Of a stretch of DNA of 64,000 nt, positions 48,391 through 57,656 are shown piece after piece; position 1 is the stretch's first letter, and every line of letters starts with the position of its first letter. Source of the stretch: Bacteroidaceae bacterium (GTDB lineage: Bacteria; Bacillota_I; Bacilli_A; RFN20; CAG-826); assembly GCA_963624045.1 (NCBI GenBank), contig CAVFNI010000006.1, positions 6,166 to 70,165 on the forward strand, read 5' to 3'. The notes under the pieces were generated by a model. That model had not been told where the DNA came from and made no database searches. It worked only from the letters and a program-made list of their open reading frames with translations. The translations under genes were made by a program, and so were the position numbers.

Positions 48391-48782
48391 TTTTTGAGGG
48401 TCGATGGGTCATAGCCTTCGCTATAAAGGAATCCTTCCAATTGGTTGACGCGTTGGATGTAACGCATGTTCTCGGCGTTCGGAACGTCGCCCGGTTTAAT
48501 CGATTCGAGTTTTTTCCTCATCACCGAATTCTCCCGTTCGAGTTCCCGCATCCTTTCGTAATCGCTTTGGTAGGATGCCGTTTTGCCACATTCCTTGGAA
48601 TAAGCTTGACGCAATTCCTCAATTTGGGCGTCCTTGGAAGAGATGATGCTCTCAAAAGCGTCGTAATCGCGAATGATTCGATCCAAGAAAGCGTCCACTT
48701 GTTCGGGATTATATCCCTTGACGTCCTTCTCGAATTTCTCTTTGTAGATGGTGTCGATTGAGAGTTCTACTTTCTTTTCCAT
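48378..48782 (-). CDS. DivIVA-domain protein, GpsB-like.
   Basis: N-terminal DivIVA motif KEKFEKDVKGYNPEQVDAFLD. 134 aa. The stop codon abuts or overlaps the 5' end of rnpB. Confidence 0.7.
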   Translation of the reverse strand: MEKKVELSIDTIYKEKFEKDVKGYNPEQVDAFLDRIIRDYDAFESIISSKDAQIEELRQAYSKECGKTASYQSDYERMRELERENSVMRKKLESIKPGDVPNAENMRYIQRVNQLEGFLYSEGYDPSTLKKRSG

Positions 48783-48881
48783 GGCGCCCTTAAATTATAT
48801 TTAAGCCCTTCTTAGCTTACAAGCACTCAAAACGTCAGCCATATAGGCAAAGAAGCGATGATGGACTAAAATGTGATCGAT

Positions 48882-49607
48882 ATGAAAATTCTTAACAAGG
48901 CCATCAAAAACGCCGATTGTCTCGTCTTCATGGATTTGGAGGCGACCGCTCTCAGCCATGAATTGATTGAAATCGGCGCTTACCGCGTGCTTTTACATGA
49001 CGATGGCACACCGAAGAAAATCCACCTTCCTTTCAAGCGCTACGTCAAAGCGAAATCGCCTATTGGCAAAATCGTCGTCGATATGACCGGCATCACCGAA
49101 GAAATGCTAAAACGAAATGCCATTCCTTTTGAAAAAGCCATGGAGGATTTTCGTGATTATGTAGGCAATTATTGGAAAAGCGCCCGTTTTTTGACCTTTG
49201 GCCCTCACGATATGGTGATCCTTCATTCCACGATGGCCATTAATCGCGATGCCAACCCCGAATTCGTAAGGCATATTTCCGGCCGTTATTTGGATTTTCA
49301 AGGCTTTTTAAGTCAATACATCCAAGACCGCAACGGCAATCCTTTATCTTTGTCCAATTACCTAAAAACATTTGAACTTTCTTTTGAAGGGCAAGAGCAT
49401 GACGCCTGCGCCGATGCTTATAACCTATATCGCCTATATGAATCGCTATTCAAACGAAAAGATATCTTGATTAAACAATACGAAATGACCTTATCGCATA
49501 ACCACAAATTGCCCACTCCTTTGAAAGAAGCCTTCCGTCGCTTAAATGAGGGGGAAGATCTGACGGTGGAAAAATGGCGCAAAGCCATCGGGGAGACCTT
49601 CGAATGA
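48882..49607 (+). CDS. DEDDh-family 3'-5' exonuclease (DnaQ/KapD-like).
   Basis: Exo I DLEAT, Exo III HDACADA. ATG at 48882; the ORF track uses a GTG at 48873. Confidence 0.75.
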   Translation: MKILNKAIKNADCLVFMDLEATALSHELIEIGAYRVLLHDDGTPKKIHLPFKRYVKAKSPIGKIVVDMTGITEEMLKRNAIPFEKAMEDFRDYVGNYWKSARFLTFGPHDMVILHSTMAINRDANPEFVRHISGRYLDFQGFLSQYIQDRNGNPLSLSNYLKTFELSFEGQEHDACADAYNLYRLYESLFKRKDILIKQYEMTLSHNHKLPTPLKEAFRRLNEGEDLTVEKWRKAIGETFE

Positions 49608-50224
49608 ACATCCACTATCCGCCAGGCATCCATCCAAAAGCAAAGGCCAATATCGAATCAAAAGGAAAAAAAATAAGCCCTTTAAAGGGACGCCGCATCT
49701 ATAGCGCGGCTAACCGCGGTCAATCTTTCGAAGACGACATTAACGAAACCAATGAATATTATCGCGAAAATGATTTGGCCATCGTCTATAAAAGGCCCAC
49801 TCCTATCAATATCGTCAAGGTTGATTATTCCCAAGGCGCCATCATCACCAAAGCGTATTTCGAAACGCAAAGCACCACTGATTATAACGGTGTCATTCAA
49901 GGAAAATATGTTGATTTCGAAGCCAAAAGCACCCACTCAAAAACCTCCTTGCCGCTCAATAACATCGCTAAGCAGCAAATAACGCACCTTGAAGCCGTAA
50001 TCAGAAACGGAGGCATCGCCTTCTTTTTAATCGAATTGACTTTGTTCTCCGAGGTTTATTTGTTGCCGGCCAAATATGTATGCGATTTTTATCGACAAAA
50101 GCCCCGCAAATCGATTCCCTTTTCCGAAATCAAGAAAAACGGGTACGCCGTTAAGGAAGGATATCGTCCGCGCATCGATTACCTACCCGTCGTTTTGGAA
50201 GTCTTCTTCCACCACAAACAATGA
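49604..50224 (+). CDS. recU: Holliday junction resolvase RecU.
   Basis: Motifs YKRPTPI, DYNGVIQGKYVDFEAK and FFLIE. ATGA overlap with the upstream exonuclease gene. Confidence 0.88.
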   Translation: MNIHYPPGIHPKAKANIESKGKKISPLKGRRIYSAANRGQSFEDDINETNEYYRENDLAIVYKRPTPINIVKVDYSQGAIITKAYFETQSTTDYNGVIQGKYVDFEAKSTHSKTSLPLNNIAKQQITHLEAVIRNGGIAFFLIELTLFSEVYLLPAKYVCDFYRQKPRKSIPFSEIKKNGYAVKEGYRPRIDYLPVVLEVFFHHKQ

Positions 50225-50826
50225 TCTTTGAGCCCGCATTCGTCGCATTTCGGCTTAACGGCCGTGCAAATATTTCGCCCAAAGGCAATTAAGGCGTGAT
50301 GCAAAAATGCTCTTTCTTCGGACGGGAAAGATTTCTCTAAAATACGCTCGATTTGCAATGGATTTTCGTTTTTTCGCGCATAACCAAGGCGTTTGGATAT
50401 CCTCGCTATGTGCGTGTCAACAGGCAAAAAGGGTTGCTTTGCCCTTTCTACCAAGAAGACGCCGGCGGTTTTTCTTCCGACGCCCGGCAAAGCGATAAGT
50501 TTCTCTCGGTCAAAAGGGATAAGACCATGATATTCGCTTTCAAGCCTTTGCGATAAATTGAGAAGGTTTTTGGCTTTGTTATGGTATAGCCCGAGGCTTT
50601 TGATCAATTCTTCGATATCGGCAAGGGAGGCTTTTGACATCGCCAAAGACGAAGGATAACGAGCAAAGAGATTGCCGCTCACCTTATTAACGGCAGCATC
50701 GGTAGTTTGAGCGCTCAAAACAATGGCCACTAAACACTCGAAATCGTTATGAAAGAGAAGTTCGCAATGAGCGTCATGGAAACGCGCATGCAAATAAGAA
50801 GAAACGTCTTGACTCTTTTTTGTCAA
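50179..50826 (-). CDS. nth: Endonuclease III.
   Basis: HhH-GPD plus 4Fe-4S cluster loop CTAVKPKCDECGLKDHC. Confidence 0.92.
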   Translation of the reverse strand: MTKKSQDVSSYLHARFHDAHCELLFHNDFECLVAIVLSAQTTDAAVNKVSGNLFARYPSSLAMSKASLADIEELIKSLGLYHNKAKNLLNLSQRLESEYHGLIPFDREKLIALPGVGRKTAGVFLVERAKQPFLPVDTHIARISKRLGYARKNENPLQIERILEKSFPSEERAFLHHALIAFGRNICTAVKPKCDECGLKDHCLWWKKTSKTTGR

Positions 50827-50827
50827 C

Positions 50828-51487
50828 TCATTCCCCCCACATGCTTTTGGTTAAAGCGATGGTCGCTTCGATGTCTTTATCCCAATTGTCGTTGATTGCG
50901 CTAGCCCCTTCCTTGAGAAGATCGTTTTCCTTGCGGCGGGCTTTAAGAGTCTTCTCGACGGCCCGAATGGTTTTCTTGCCGCTTTTGATGGTATCTAGCA
51001 AAGCGTTCTTAATTTCATCCACCGAATATGAAGAATTAAGCCATTCGGAAATAGTATCCCTCTCTAGCGGAGATAAAGTGCGGGATAGGCGTTCTTCGAA
51101 AAAGGAAAGCAAGCCCGAAAGAAGATTGGCCTCGTTCTCGCCCACTAACGATAGACGTTGCCTCTCTAATGTATCGGCGAAGATGGCATAACATTTTTCT
51201 CTTAGCGGAGCAATTGAGGTTTCCATCTTCTCTTTCATAGCGAAGGTAAGGAAGCCTCGCTTAAGCATCGAATCCATCAACTTGTTGATCTCACTAGGGC
51301 TTTTGCCCATCTTCAAAGAAAGCATGTCGGCGTTGATGAAATGATTGCCTTGTTCTAAAAGGTGATCGATCATGAGGACCACAATCGCTTCTTCGTCACT
51401 AAGTCCTATTTTCTTATATGTCTCCAAGAGAACATAAGCAAAAGGAACGGCGTTTTGATAGGGATTTTTCATATTTGTCCTTTCCAT
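50828..51487 (-). CDS. dnaD: DNA replication protein DnaD.
   Basis: DnaD_dom C-terminal motif (LSPLE...ISEWL..SYS.DEIKNAL). Upstream of nth, as in B. subtilis. Confidence 0.8.
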   Translation of the reverse strand: MERTNMKNPYQNAVPFAYVLLETYKKIGLSDEEAIVVLMIDHLLEQGNHFINADMLSLKMGKSPSEINKLMDSMLKRGFLTFAMKEKMETSIAPLREKCYAIFADTLERQRLSLVGENEANLLSGLLSFFEERLSRTLSPLERDTISEWLNSSYSVDEIKNALLDTIKSGKKTIRAVEKTLKARRKENDLLKEGASAINDNWDKDIEATIALTKSMWGE

Positions 51488-52089
51488 CCTTTCTTCCTTT
51501 CTTCATCTAATTTAGCAGGAGATATTTCCTTTAGAAGAGGTCTTAATTCCATGATTGCTCGAGCACTGTCTTGATCCAAAACAAATCCAAGCGAAGAGGC
51601 GAAACGTTCTGCTCTAGCGATTCGCAAGGGGTCTTCTTTGATACGCAAATATGGGTCGCCGATAAAACGAATTATTCCCTCTTGCAAATCATCCATCCCA
51701 TGGTGGTAATCCAGAACGCGATAGTCCTTATCTAAATACAGTGCGTTGATGGTAAAATCACGTCGGCAAGAATCCTTTCGGGGGTCTTTGATGAAGAGAA
51801 TATCATCGGGATGACGGTGATCGGCGTATTCCCTTTCCTCGCGAAGCGTCGCTATGTCACAATGTCTATCAAGGATTTTTGTTTTCAAAACGCCATATTT
51901 AGCAAAAACACCATTAGCATCTGGCAAAAAAATAAGACTTTCCTTAGGCAAAGCATCGGTAACGAAATCAAAGTCATGAACTTCCTTATTGAGCAAATAA
52001 TCCCGTACCGATCCGCCGACTAAATAAAGAGAAAATCCCTTCCGGGAATATATTTCATTAAGATAATCAAAAACCGGCAAGCGCTTCAT
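51469..52089 (-). CDS. Short class-II nucleotidyltransferase (CCA-adding / poly(A) polymerase head-and-neck only), 206 aa.
   Basis: Motifs GGxVRD (LVGGSVRDYLL), DxD (HDFDF), RRD (RRDFTINALY) and ED/ERxxR (EDPLRIARAERFA) are present. There are no body/tail domains, and the ORF ends overlapping the dnaD start. Confidence 0.7.
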   Translation of the reverse strand: MKRLPVFDYLNEIYSRKGFSLYLVGGSVRDYLLNKEVHDFDFVTDALPKESLIFLPDANGVFAKYGVLKTKILDRHCDIATLREEREYADHRHPDDILFIKDPRKDSCRRDFTINALYLDKDYRVLDYHHGMDDLQEGIIRFIGDPYLRIKEDPLRIARAERFASSLGFVLDQDSARAIMELRPLLKEISPAKLDEERKKGWKGQI

Positions 52090-52125
52090 AAAGATATTTT
52101 AGCATGCTCAAAAGGAAAGCTCATT

Positions 52126-52154
52126 CGAAAGAAAAGGCCCCGCGTAGCGGAGCC
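52126..52154 (-). terminator. Intrinsic terminator after hup.
   Basis: Minus strand: GGCTCCGC-tac-GCGGGGCC followed by TTTTCTTTCG. Confidence 0.65.
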
Positions 52155-52179
52155 TGAGTGTTCAACTTCTTTAAAACAA

Positions 52180-52452
52180 TTAGTTGAGCTTCTCTTTGAG
52201 GCCTTTGGAAACCTTGAAAGAGACGGAAGTGCTGGCTGGGATGCTGATCTTCTCTTGGGTAGAAGGATTGGTTCCCTCGCGAGCGGCGCGATGCTTCTTC
52301 TCGAAGATGCCAAAACCAGAGATTTTGACGGCATCACCCTTGACAAGGGCTTCGGTGACGACGTCCACAACGGCGTCGACAGCAGCTTCGGCATCTCTCT
52401 TGGAGAGTTCGGCTTTCGCGGCAACGGCTTCGATTAATTCAGCTTTATTCAT
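52180..52452 (-). CDS. hup: DNA-binding protein HU.
   Basis: 90 aa. MNKAELIEAVA...GFGIFE...R.GRNP.T. Confidence 0.95.
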   Translation of the reverse strand: MNKAELIEAVAAKAELSKRDAEAAVDAVVDVVTEALVKGDAVKISGFGIFEKKHRAAREGTNPSTQEKISIPASTSVSFKVSKGLKEKLN

Positions 52453-52658
52453 TGAGTTTTTCCTCCTTATAGCTAAATCGATACAATTAAATTATCATCT
52501 CTTGACCTTTGTGACAAGAGTGGTTTTGCAAAAAAAGTGCGATGGTAACAAGATATTTCGCCATTTTTGGGAGCTAAAAACATTTTTGAATTGTAAAAAT
52601 CTAGATTTTATCGATGTTTTTTCCGCAAAAAATTCATATAGTGCCGATGACATGAAGA

Positions 52659-53966
52659 TCATTTGCGCAGTCGATAAATAATATGAATTGGCGTACCATC
52701 GAAGTCGAAAGAATCACGCAGACGGTTTTCCAGATATCGGGTGTAAGAGAAATGGGCCGTCTCAGGATTATTGCAAAAGAACACGAACGTCGGAGGGTTG
52801 ACCGAAACCTGATTGGCGAAAACAATTTTTAAACGCCCATGATTGAAATTTGGGGAAGGGTTCATCGCTTGAGCATCGCGGATGATGTCGTTTAGAAGCG
52901 GCGTCGGTATCCTTCGTAAACTTGCCTCGTGCACCATCTTGATCTTAGGAAGAATGGCTTCTACGCCGGCGCCGCTAGAAGCGCTCACGAAAAGAATCGG
53001 AGCATAATCGAGGAATTTAAATTGCTCACGAATGTCTTTGACGAATTCCTCTTTGCTCTTTCCTTGAGCTTTGGCCAAATCCCATTTATTCACAATAACA
53101 ATGATGGGTTTATGTTCGTCGACCGCATAGCCGACGACATGTTTGTCTTGTTCTAAAATCGGCGAGGATGCGTCGAGCAAAAAGAGGACAATTTGACTGC
53201 GTTCAATCGATGACAAAGCGCGTAAGGCGGCATATTTATCGATAGCTTCGAAGATCTTGCCCCTCTTTAATAATCCAGCCGTATCAATCAAAACGTAATT
53301 GTCGCCATCACGAGAAAAAGGAGTATCGATAGCATCTCTTGTGGTGCCGGAAATAGGCGATACGAGCGTTCTTTCCTTGCCTAAAATTCGATTCGAAAGG
53401 GAGCTTTTCCCTACATTTGGGCGTCCAATCAAGGAAAAGGTGATAGCGTTTTCGTATGTGGGGATTTCTTTCTCGGGCAGAGCGTGAATAATAGCATCGA
53501 GCAAGTCACCGATGCCAATGCCATGGGCCCCGCTTACGAGGTAGGGATCGCCAAAGCCTAGCGAATAAAATTCGGCGGCGTTGGCAGCCTCTTCAATGTT
53601 GTCTATTTTATTGACGGCTAGGAAAATAGGTTTCTTTTGGCCATAAAGCATTTTTGCGATGAAGCGATCATCGCCGCTTAAGCCTTTTTTACCATCGACG
53701 ACAAAGACGATCAAATCGCTTTCTTGCAAAGCTAGTTCGACTTGCGCCCTAATTAAATCTTGAAATGGCACGTCTTTGGCCTGAATACCGCCCGTATCGA
53801 TCAAGGTAAAGGTCTTCGTAAGCCATGTGCATTTGCCGTAAATGCGGTCGCGAGTAACGCCCGGCGTCGGCTCAACGATCGATTTTCTTTCCCCGACGAA
53901 ACGATTAAAAAGGGTGCTCTTGCCTGACGAAGGAGATCCAATGAAGCTGACCGTTCCTAAAGCCAT
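52659..53966 (-). CDS. der: Ribosome-biogenesis GTPase Der (EngA).
   Basis: Two tandem GTPase domains (GxPNVGKS twice) plus a KH-like C-terminus. Confidence 0.93.
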   Translation of the reverse strand: MALGTVSFIGSPSSGKSTLFNRFVGERKSIVEPTPGVTRDRIYGKCTWLTKTFTLIDTGGIQAKDVPFQDLIRAQVELALQESDLIVFVVDGKKGLSGDDRFIAKMLYGQKKPIFLAVNKIDNIEEAANAAEFYSLGFGDPYLVSGAHGIGIGDLLDAIIHALPEKEIPTYENAITFSLIGRPNVGKSSLSNRILGKERTLVSPISGTTRDAIDTPFSRDGDNYVLIDTAGLLKRGKIFEAIDKYAALRALSSIERSQIVLFLLDASSPILEQDKHVVGYAVDEHKPIIVIVNKWDLAKAQGKSKEEFVKDIREQFKFLDYAPILFVSASSGAGVEAILPKIKMVHEASLRRIPTPLLNDIIRDAQAMNPSPNFNHGRLKIVFANQVSVNPPTFVFFCNNPETAHFSYTRYLENRLRDSFDFDGTPIHIIYRLRK

Positions 53967-54646
53967 CAGGCGACTCCTTTGCCAGTCTTTTCTTTGATGA
54001 TGCGAAGAACTTCGGCGACCACTTCTTCCACATTCATATCAGATGTATCAAGAAGAACGCTATCAGGAGCGGCTTTCAAAGGCGCGAAATCGCGGTGGGA
54101 ATCGATATAATCGCGTTGACGAACGTTTTCTTTGACTTCTTCTAATGTCGTAGGAATGCCCTTTTGAACATTTTCTTCGTATCGGCGCATAGCTCTAGTA
54201 TCCACCGAGGCAATCTGAAAGATTTTCACTTGGGCATGAGGCAAAACGTAGGTTCCTATATCGCGACCATCCATCACCACCGAACGTTTCGTGGCCATCT
54301 CTCTTTGCAATTCCACCAATTTCAAACGGACGGGCTTCATGGCCGCAATATAACTGACGTTTCCAGAAACAGGAGCTTCTCTGATGGCTTCGGTAACATC
54401 TTCGTCATTGCAATATACGCGATTATCTTCGGCCAATTCGATTTTAATTGTCGGGATCAAAGTGACGGCTTCTTGCTCGTTTTGTGGATTAAGGCCCCTC
54501 TTAATAACAGCGTAAGTAAAAGCCCGGTACATCGCGCCCGTATCGATATAAGTCATTTTGAGTTTTTCAGCGACTTTCTTAGCTACGGTACTTTTGCCTG
54601 CCGCAGCAGGCCCATCGATTGCGACTGCAATTATTTCTTCTGCCAT
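53966..54646 (-). CDS. cmk: Cytidylate kinase.
   Basis: P-loop IAIDGPAAAGKST. Start at MAEEII. The ORF track begins 9 codons upstream. Confidence 0.9.
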   Translation of the reverse strand: MAEEIIAVAIDGPAAAGKSTVAKKVAEKLKMTYIDTGAMYRAFTYAVIKRGLNPQNEQEAVTLIPTIKIELAEDNRVYCNDEDVTEAIREAPVSGNVSYIAAMKPVRLKLVELQREMATKRSVVMDGRDIGTYVLPHAQVKIFQIASVDTRAMRRYEENVQKGIPTTLEEVKENVRQRDYIDSHRDFAPLKAAPDSVLLDTSDMNVEEVVAEVLRIIKEKTGKGVA

Positions 54647-54648
54647 TA

Positions 54649-54957
54649 TTATTTCCTCACCCACAAAAACCAAAGAGCAATCATACCTGCCACCGCTACG
54701 ACTAGCAAAACAAATTTAAAAATGAGCGCTCTTCTCTTTTTGGAAAGATAGACGCCCCAAGGGGTTACCTTTTTCGTGGGCAAGCCTTTGGCCGTGACAG
54801 CGCTAGAAGCGCGGCCTTTCTCCAATAATAGAGCTGTCTCTTCATCAGAAGCGTTCGTAAAATGTGGCTTATTCTTGAATTTGTCGGCTGGGGTAGCAGC
54901 AATTTTCGAGCGATATCGCGCCCATTTCTCCATCCTGGTTTTCATAGACTCCAACAT
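54649..54957 (-). CDS. Small hypothetical protein with a C-terminal TM anchor.
   Basis: 102 aa. Basic N-terminal region and a single C-terminal hydrophobic helix. No homolog recognised. Confidence 0.4.
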   Translation of the reverse strand: MLESMKTRMEKWARYRSKIAATPADKFKNKPHFTNASDEETALLLEKGRASSAVTAKGLPTKKVTPWGVYLSKKRRALIFKFVLLVVAVAGMIALWFLWVRK

Positions 54958-55151
54958 TCTAGCCGTTTTTCTTGGCTCTAAAAAGACTCATGTCGCTTTT
55001 GTCAAAACCATTTTTATAAAGGCGTTTGTCAATGAAAATTTAAAACGAGAAATTTGATGCTTCGGGAACGATTTCGAACCGAAACACTCAAAAAAGTATA
55101 TTGAATTTTCAGATAGACCCATCTAACACCCTAATTAGAAGAAATGAAGAT

Positions 55152-56588
55152 ATGAAAATTATCGGCAGGAAGAAAGAAAACGAAGAATTAATGCGTCTCT
55201 ACAAAAGCGGCAAACCAGAATTGGTAGCCGTTTATGGTCGTAGAAGAGTTGGCAAAACATTTCTTATCAACGCCTTGTTCGCCGGCAAAATAACCTTTTC
55301 TCATACTGGGGTCTCCCCCGACGACTTAGCAAAATCGGGTGAAAAGAAAATGAAGCTCCAATTGAGCGCATTCTATGGTTCTTTGCTTTCGCAAGGCATG
55401 CGGCCGAGCAAAAAACCTGGCTCTTGGATCGAAGCCTTAACTTTGCTGATCGAATTTTTGGAAAGCAAGAAAAACGGGCAAAGGCAGGTCGTCTTCATCG
55501 ACGAGCTACCATGGATCGATACCATCCGCTCTGATTTCATATCATCTTTCGGCTGGTTTTGGAATCAATGGGCTTGCAAGCAAAATGATCTGATGCTGAT
55601 CGTATGCGGTTCGGCGAATTCTTGGATCAATGGCCATCTGATTAACGCTCACGGTGGATTATATAATCGTCTGACTTATACCCTTCGCCTCACATCATTT
55701 TCATTAAAAGAATCGTTGGATTACCTTGCGAATAAAAACGCCAAAACAAGCAAATATAAAGTCGCGATAATCGACATGGTCCTCGGCGGGATACCATATT
55801 ACCTGGAATATTATCAAGAGAATCTATCGATAGAAGAAAACATCGATAACTTCTTTTTCAAAGATAATGCCAAGTTAAGATCCGAATTCAATAACCTTTT
55901 CAGTTCGACCTTCGCCGATGACAAATTAACAAAAAGAATAGTTATTGCCTTAGCCGGACGCAACAAAGGATATACGAGAAAAGAATTGTTGGAAGCTATA
56001 GGCGCATCCGATGGCGAAGCTATATCCAAATGCCTGGAAGCGCTTAAATATAGCGACTTCGTCATCGAATATGTTCCATTCATGGAAAAGAAAAACAAAA
56101 GATATTACAAGGTAGTAGACCCCTTTTGCTTCTTCTATCTCAAATTTGTCCATAACCAAAAGTCTTTGAACAAAGACATGTTCTTTGATTGCGAGAATTC
56201 CTCTTGGAGAGGGCTCGCTTTCGAAAACCTATGCCTCTATCATCTCAATGAAATCAAATCGGCACTTGGTATAAGGTCCGTTAACACCATCCAATTTTCA
56301 TGGTGCGCCAAAGAAAGCGCCGCTCTTCACGGAGCCCAAATAGACCTCCTAATCGAAAGAAAAGACAATATAATCTCTTTATGCGAGATGAAATTCTATA
56401 ACAAAGAATTCAAAGTGGATAAGCAATATCATTTAAACCTAATGAATAAAATCGAACAACTAGCTTCGCATTCTAAAAAGAAATACACCATTATCCCAAC
56501 GCTAATCACAACTTTCGGCTTGCAAAAAAGCGATTATTTCGATGATTTTGGGGCGGTCATAACGTTAGATGACCTCTTTATGGAATAA
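55152..56588 (+). CDS. AAA+ ATPase of the COG1672 type (archaeal-type ATPase domain plus DUF234).
   Basis: Walker A GRRRVGKT, Walker B VVFIDE, C-terminal DUF234-like region. Start uncertain: MKIIGRK at 55152, or the ORF-track start at 55101. Confidence 0.7.
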   Translation: MKIIGRKKENEELMRLYKSGKPELVAVYGRRRVGKTFLINALFAGKITFSHTGVSPDDLAKSGEKKMKLQLSAFYGSLLSQGMRPSKKPGSWIEALTLLIEFLESKKNGQRQVVFIDELPWIDTIRSDFISSFGWFWNQWACKQNDLMLIVCGSANSWINGHLINAHGGLYNRLTYTLRLTSFSLKESLDYLANKNAKTSKYKVAIIDMVLGGIPYYLEYYQENLSIEENIDNFFFKDNAKLRSEFNNLFSSTFADDKLTKRIVIALAGRNKGYTRKELLEAIGASDGEAISKCLEALKYSDFVIEYVPFMEKKNKRYYKVVDPFCFFYLKFVHNQKSLNKDMFFDCENSSWRGLAFENLCLYHLNEIKSALGIRSVNTIQFSWCAKESAALHGAQIDLLIERKDNIISLCEMKFYNKEFKVDKQYHLNLMNKIEQLASHSKKKYTIIPTLITTFGLQKSDYFDDFGAVITLDDLFME

Positions 56589-56725
56589 TCGACACCAGGG
56601 AGGTTAAATTATCAATATTATAGTTAGCCATAACTAACGAAAAGATTAGATGCCATCTATACTTTAGTGATTGAAAGACAGCGCTTTTCGTTCTAAAATT
56701 ACGTCGTTTCAAACGGAGGAAAACC

Positions 56726-56911
56726 ATGAAAAAAGTCAAGGTCAACGCTGAGGCCTGCATCGGATGCGGCCTTTGCATCGGCAATGCCCCAGACGTCTTC
56801 GCCTTCAGCGATGACGGCAAAAGCGAGGTAATCGGAGAAGTCGCCGACGAAACCGTCGTCGAAGAGACCATCGCCTCTTGCCCAGTTGCCGCAATTGAGT
56901 GGGACGACTAA
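56726..56911 (+). CDS. Small 4Fe-4S ferredoxin.
   Basis: 61 aa, CIGCGLC...C...CP. RBS GGAGGA. Confidence 0.85.
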   Translation: MKKVKVNAEACIGCGLCIGNAPDVFAFSDDGKSEVIGEVADETVVEETIASCPVAAIEWDD

Positions 56912-56923
56912 TTCGAGAAATCA

Positions 56924-56949
56924 AATCGGGCTTCACGGCCCGATTTTTT
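56924..56949. terminator. Bidirectional terminator between the ferredoxin and the RibU-like gene.
   Basis: AATCGGGC-ttcacg-GCCCGATT followed by TTTTTT. Confidence 0.7.
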
Positions 56950-57652
56950 ATTGCCTAACTTCCTCGAAACGCAAGGCTTTATGAAGAGCCTTGTATATAA
57001 AGAAGGTTAAGAACAAAACGGCTCCATCTTTAATGAGATTGAGAGGCAAAACACAATAGAATCCATAGGACCAACCAAGATCGCTAACCGAGGCATTGGC
57101 CATTTGGCACAAAGCTAGCAACTGGCTTTGATCGTAACCCATAACGGCGATATAGAAAGGTAACATCACGTATATATTGAGCAACAAAGCGGCTAAATTT
57201 TGCGTTAATAACGAAACGAGAAAACCAATAAAAACACCTTTGAGGTTTCTTTTCTTGCGATAAATAATCGTGGCCACCACCACAAAAGAAAGGCTAAGAC
57301 AAAAATCCGTCAATTCGCCTACGCCCAGGGTGCTGCTCATCGGAAGCTTAATGAGCGTTTTAACGAGCAAAACGACAACGGCCGTCCAAGGACCATAAGC
57401 ATAGCCGGCCACAAAAGCGGGTATCTCATCAAAGTGAAGAGAAAGAAAAGAAGGAAGGAACGGCAATTTAAGATTAAAGACGGGGACGATATATAAAATC
57501 GTTGATATAGCGCCGAAGATCCCCGCCCGAGCCGCTAATTTTGCATAATTAAACGATGTGTTGCCTCTTTCTTTGAAGAAAACGGCGAAAAGGGCCACCG
57601 AAAAAACGATAAAAGCCGCCAATGAGACGAATTCACGAGATCCTATGGTCAT
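56948..57652 (-). CDS. ribU: ECF-transporter substrate-specific (S) component, riboflavin type (RibU-like).
   Basis: 234 aa, 6 TM. LSLHFDEIPAFVAGYAYGPWTA resembles RibU/YpaA. An FMN riboswitch lies directly upstream. Confidence 0.75.
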   Translation of the reverse strand: MTIGSREFVSLAAFIVFSVALFAVFFKERGNTSFNYAKLAARAGIFGAISTILYIVPVFNLKLPFLPSFLSLHFDEIPAFVAGYAYGPWTAVVVLLVKTLIKLPMSSTLGVGELTDFCLSLSFVVVATIIYRKKRNLKGVFIGFLVSLLTQNLAALLLNIYVMLPFYIAVMGYDQSQLLALCQMANASVSDLGWSYGFYCVLPLNLIKDGAVLFLTFFIYKALHKALRFEEVRQ

Positions 57653-57656
57653 ATAT

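Noticed and set aside
48041-48397. ORFs 48041-48397(+), 48069-48284(+), 47911-48297(+), 47851-48090(-) and the 48053 start of pgsA.
   Set aside because: They all overlap the RNase P RNA gene, whose conserved P4 sequence is unambiguous. Six-frame ORFs over a structured GC-rich RNA are artefacts.
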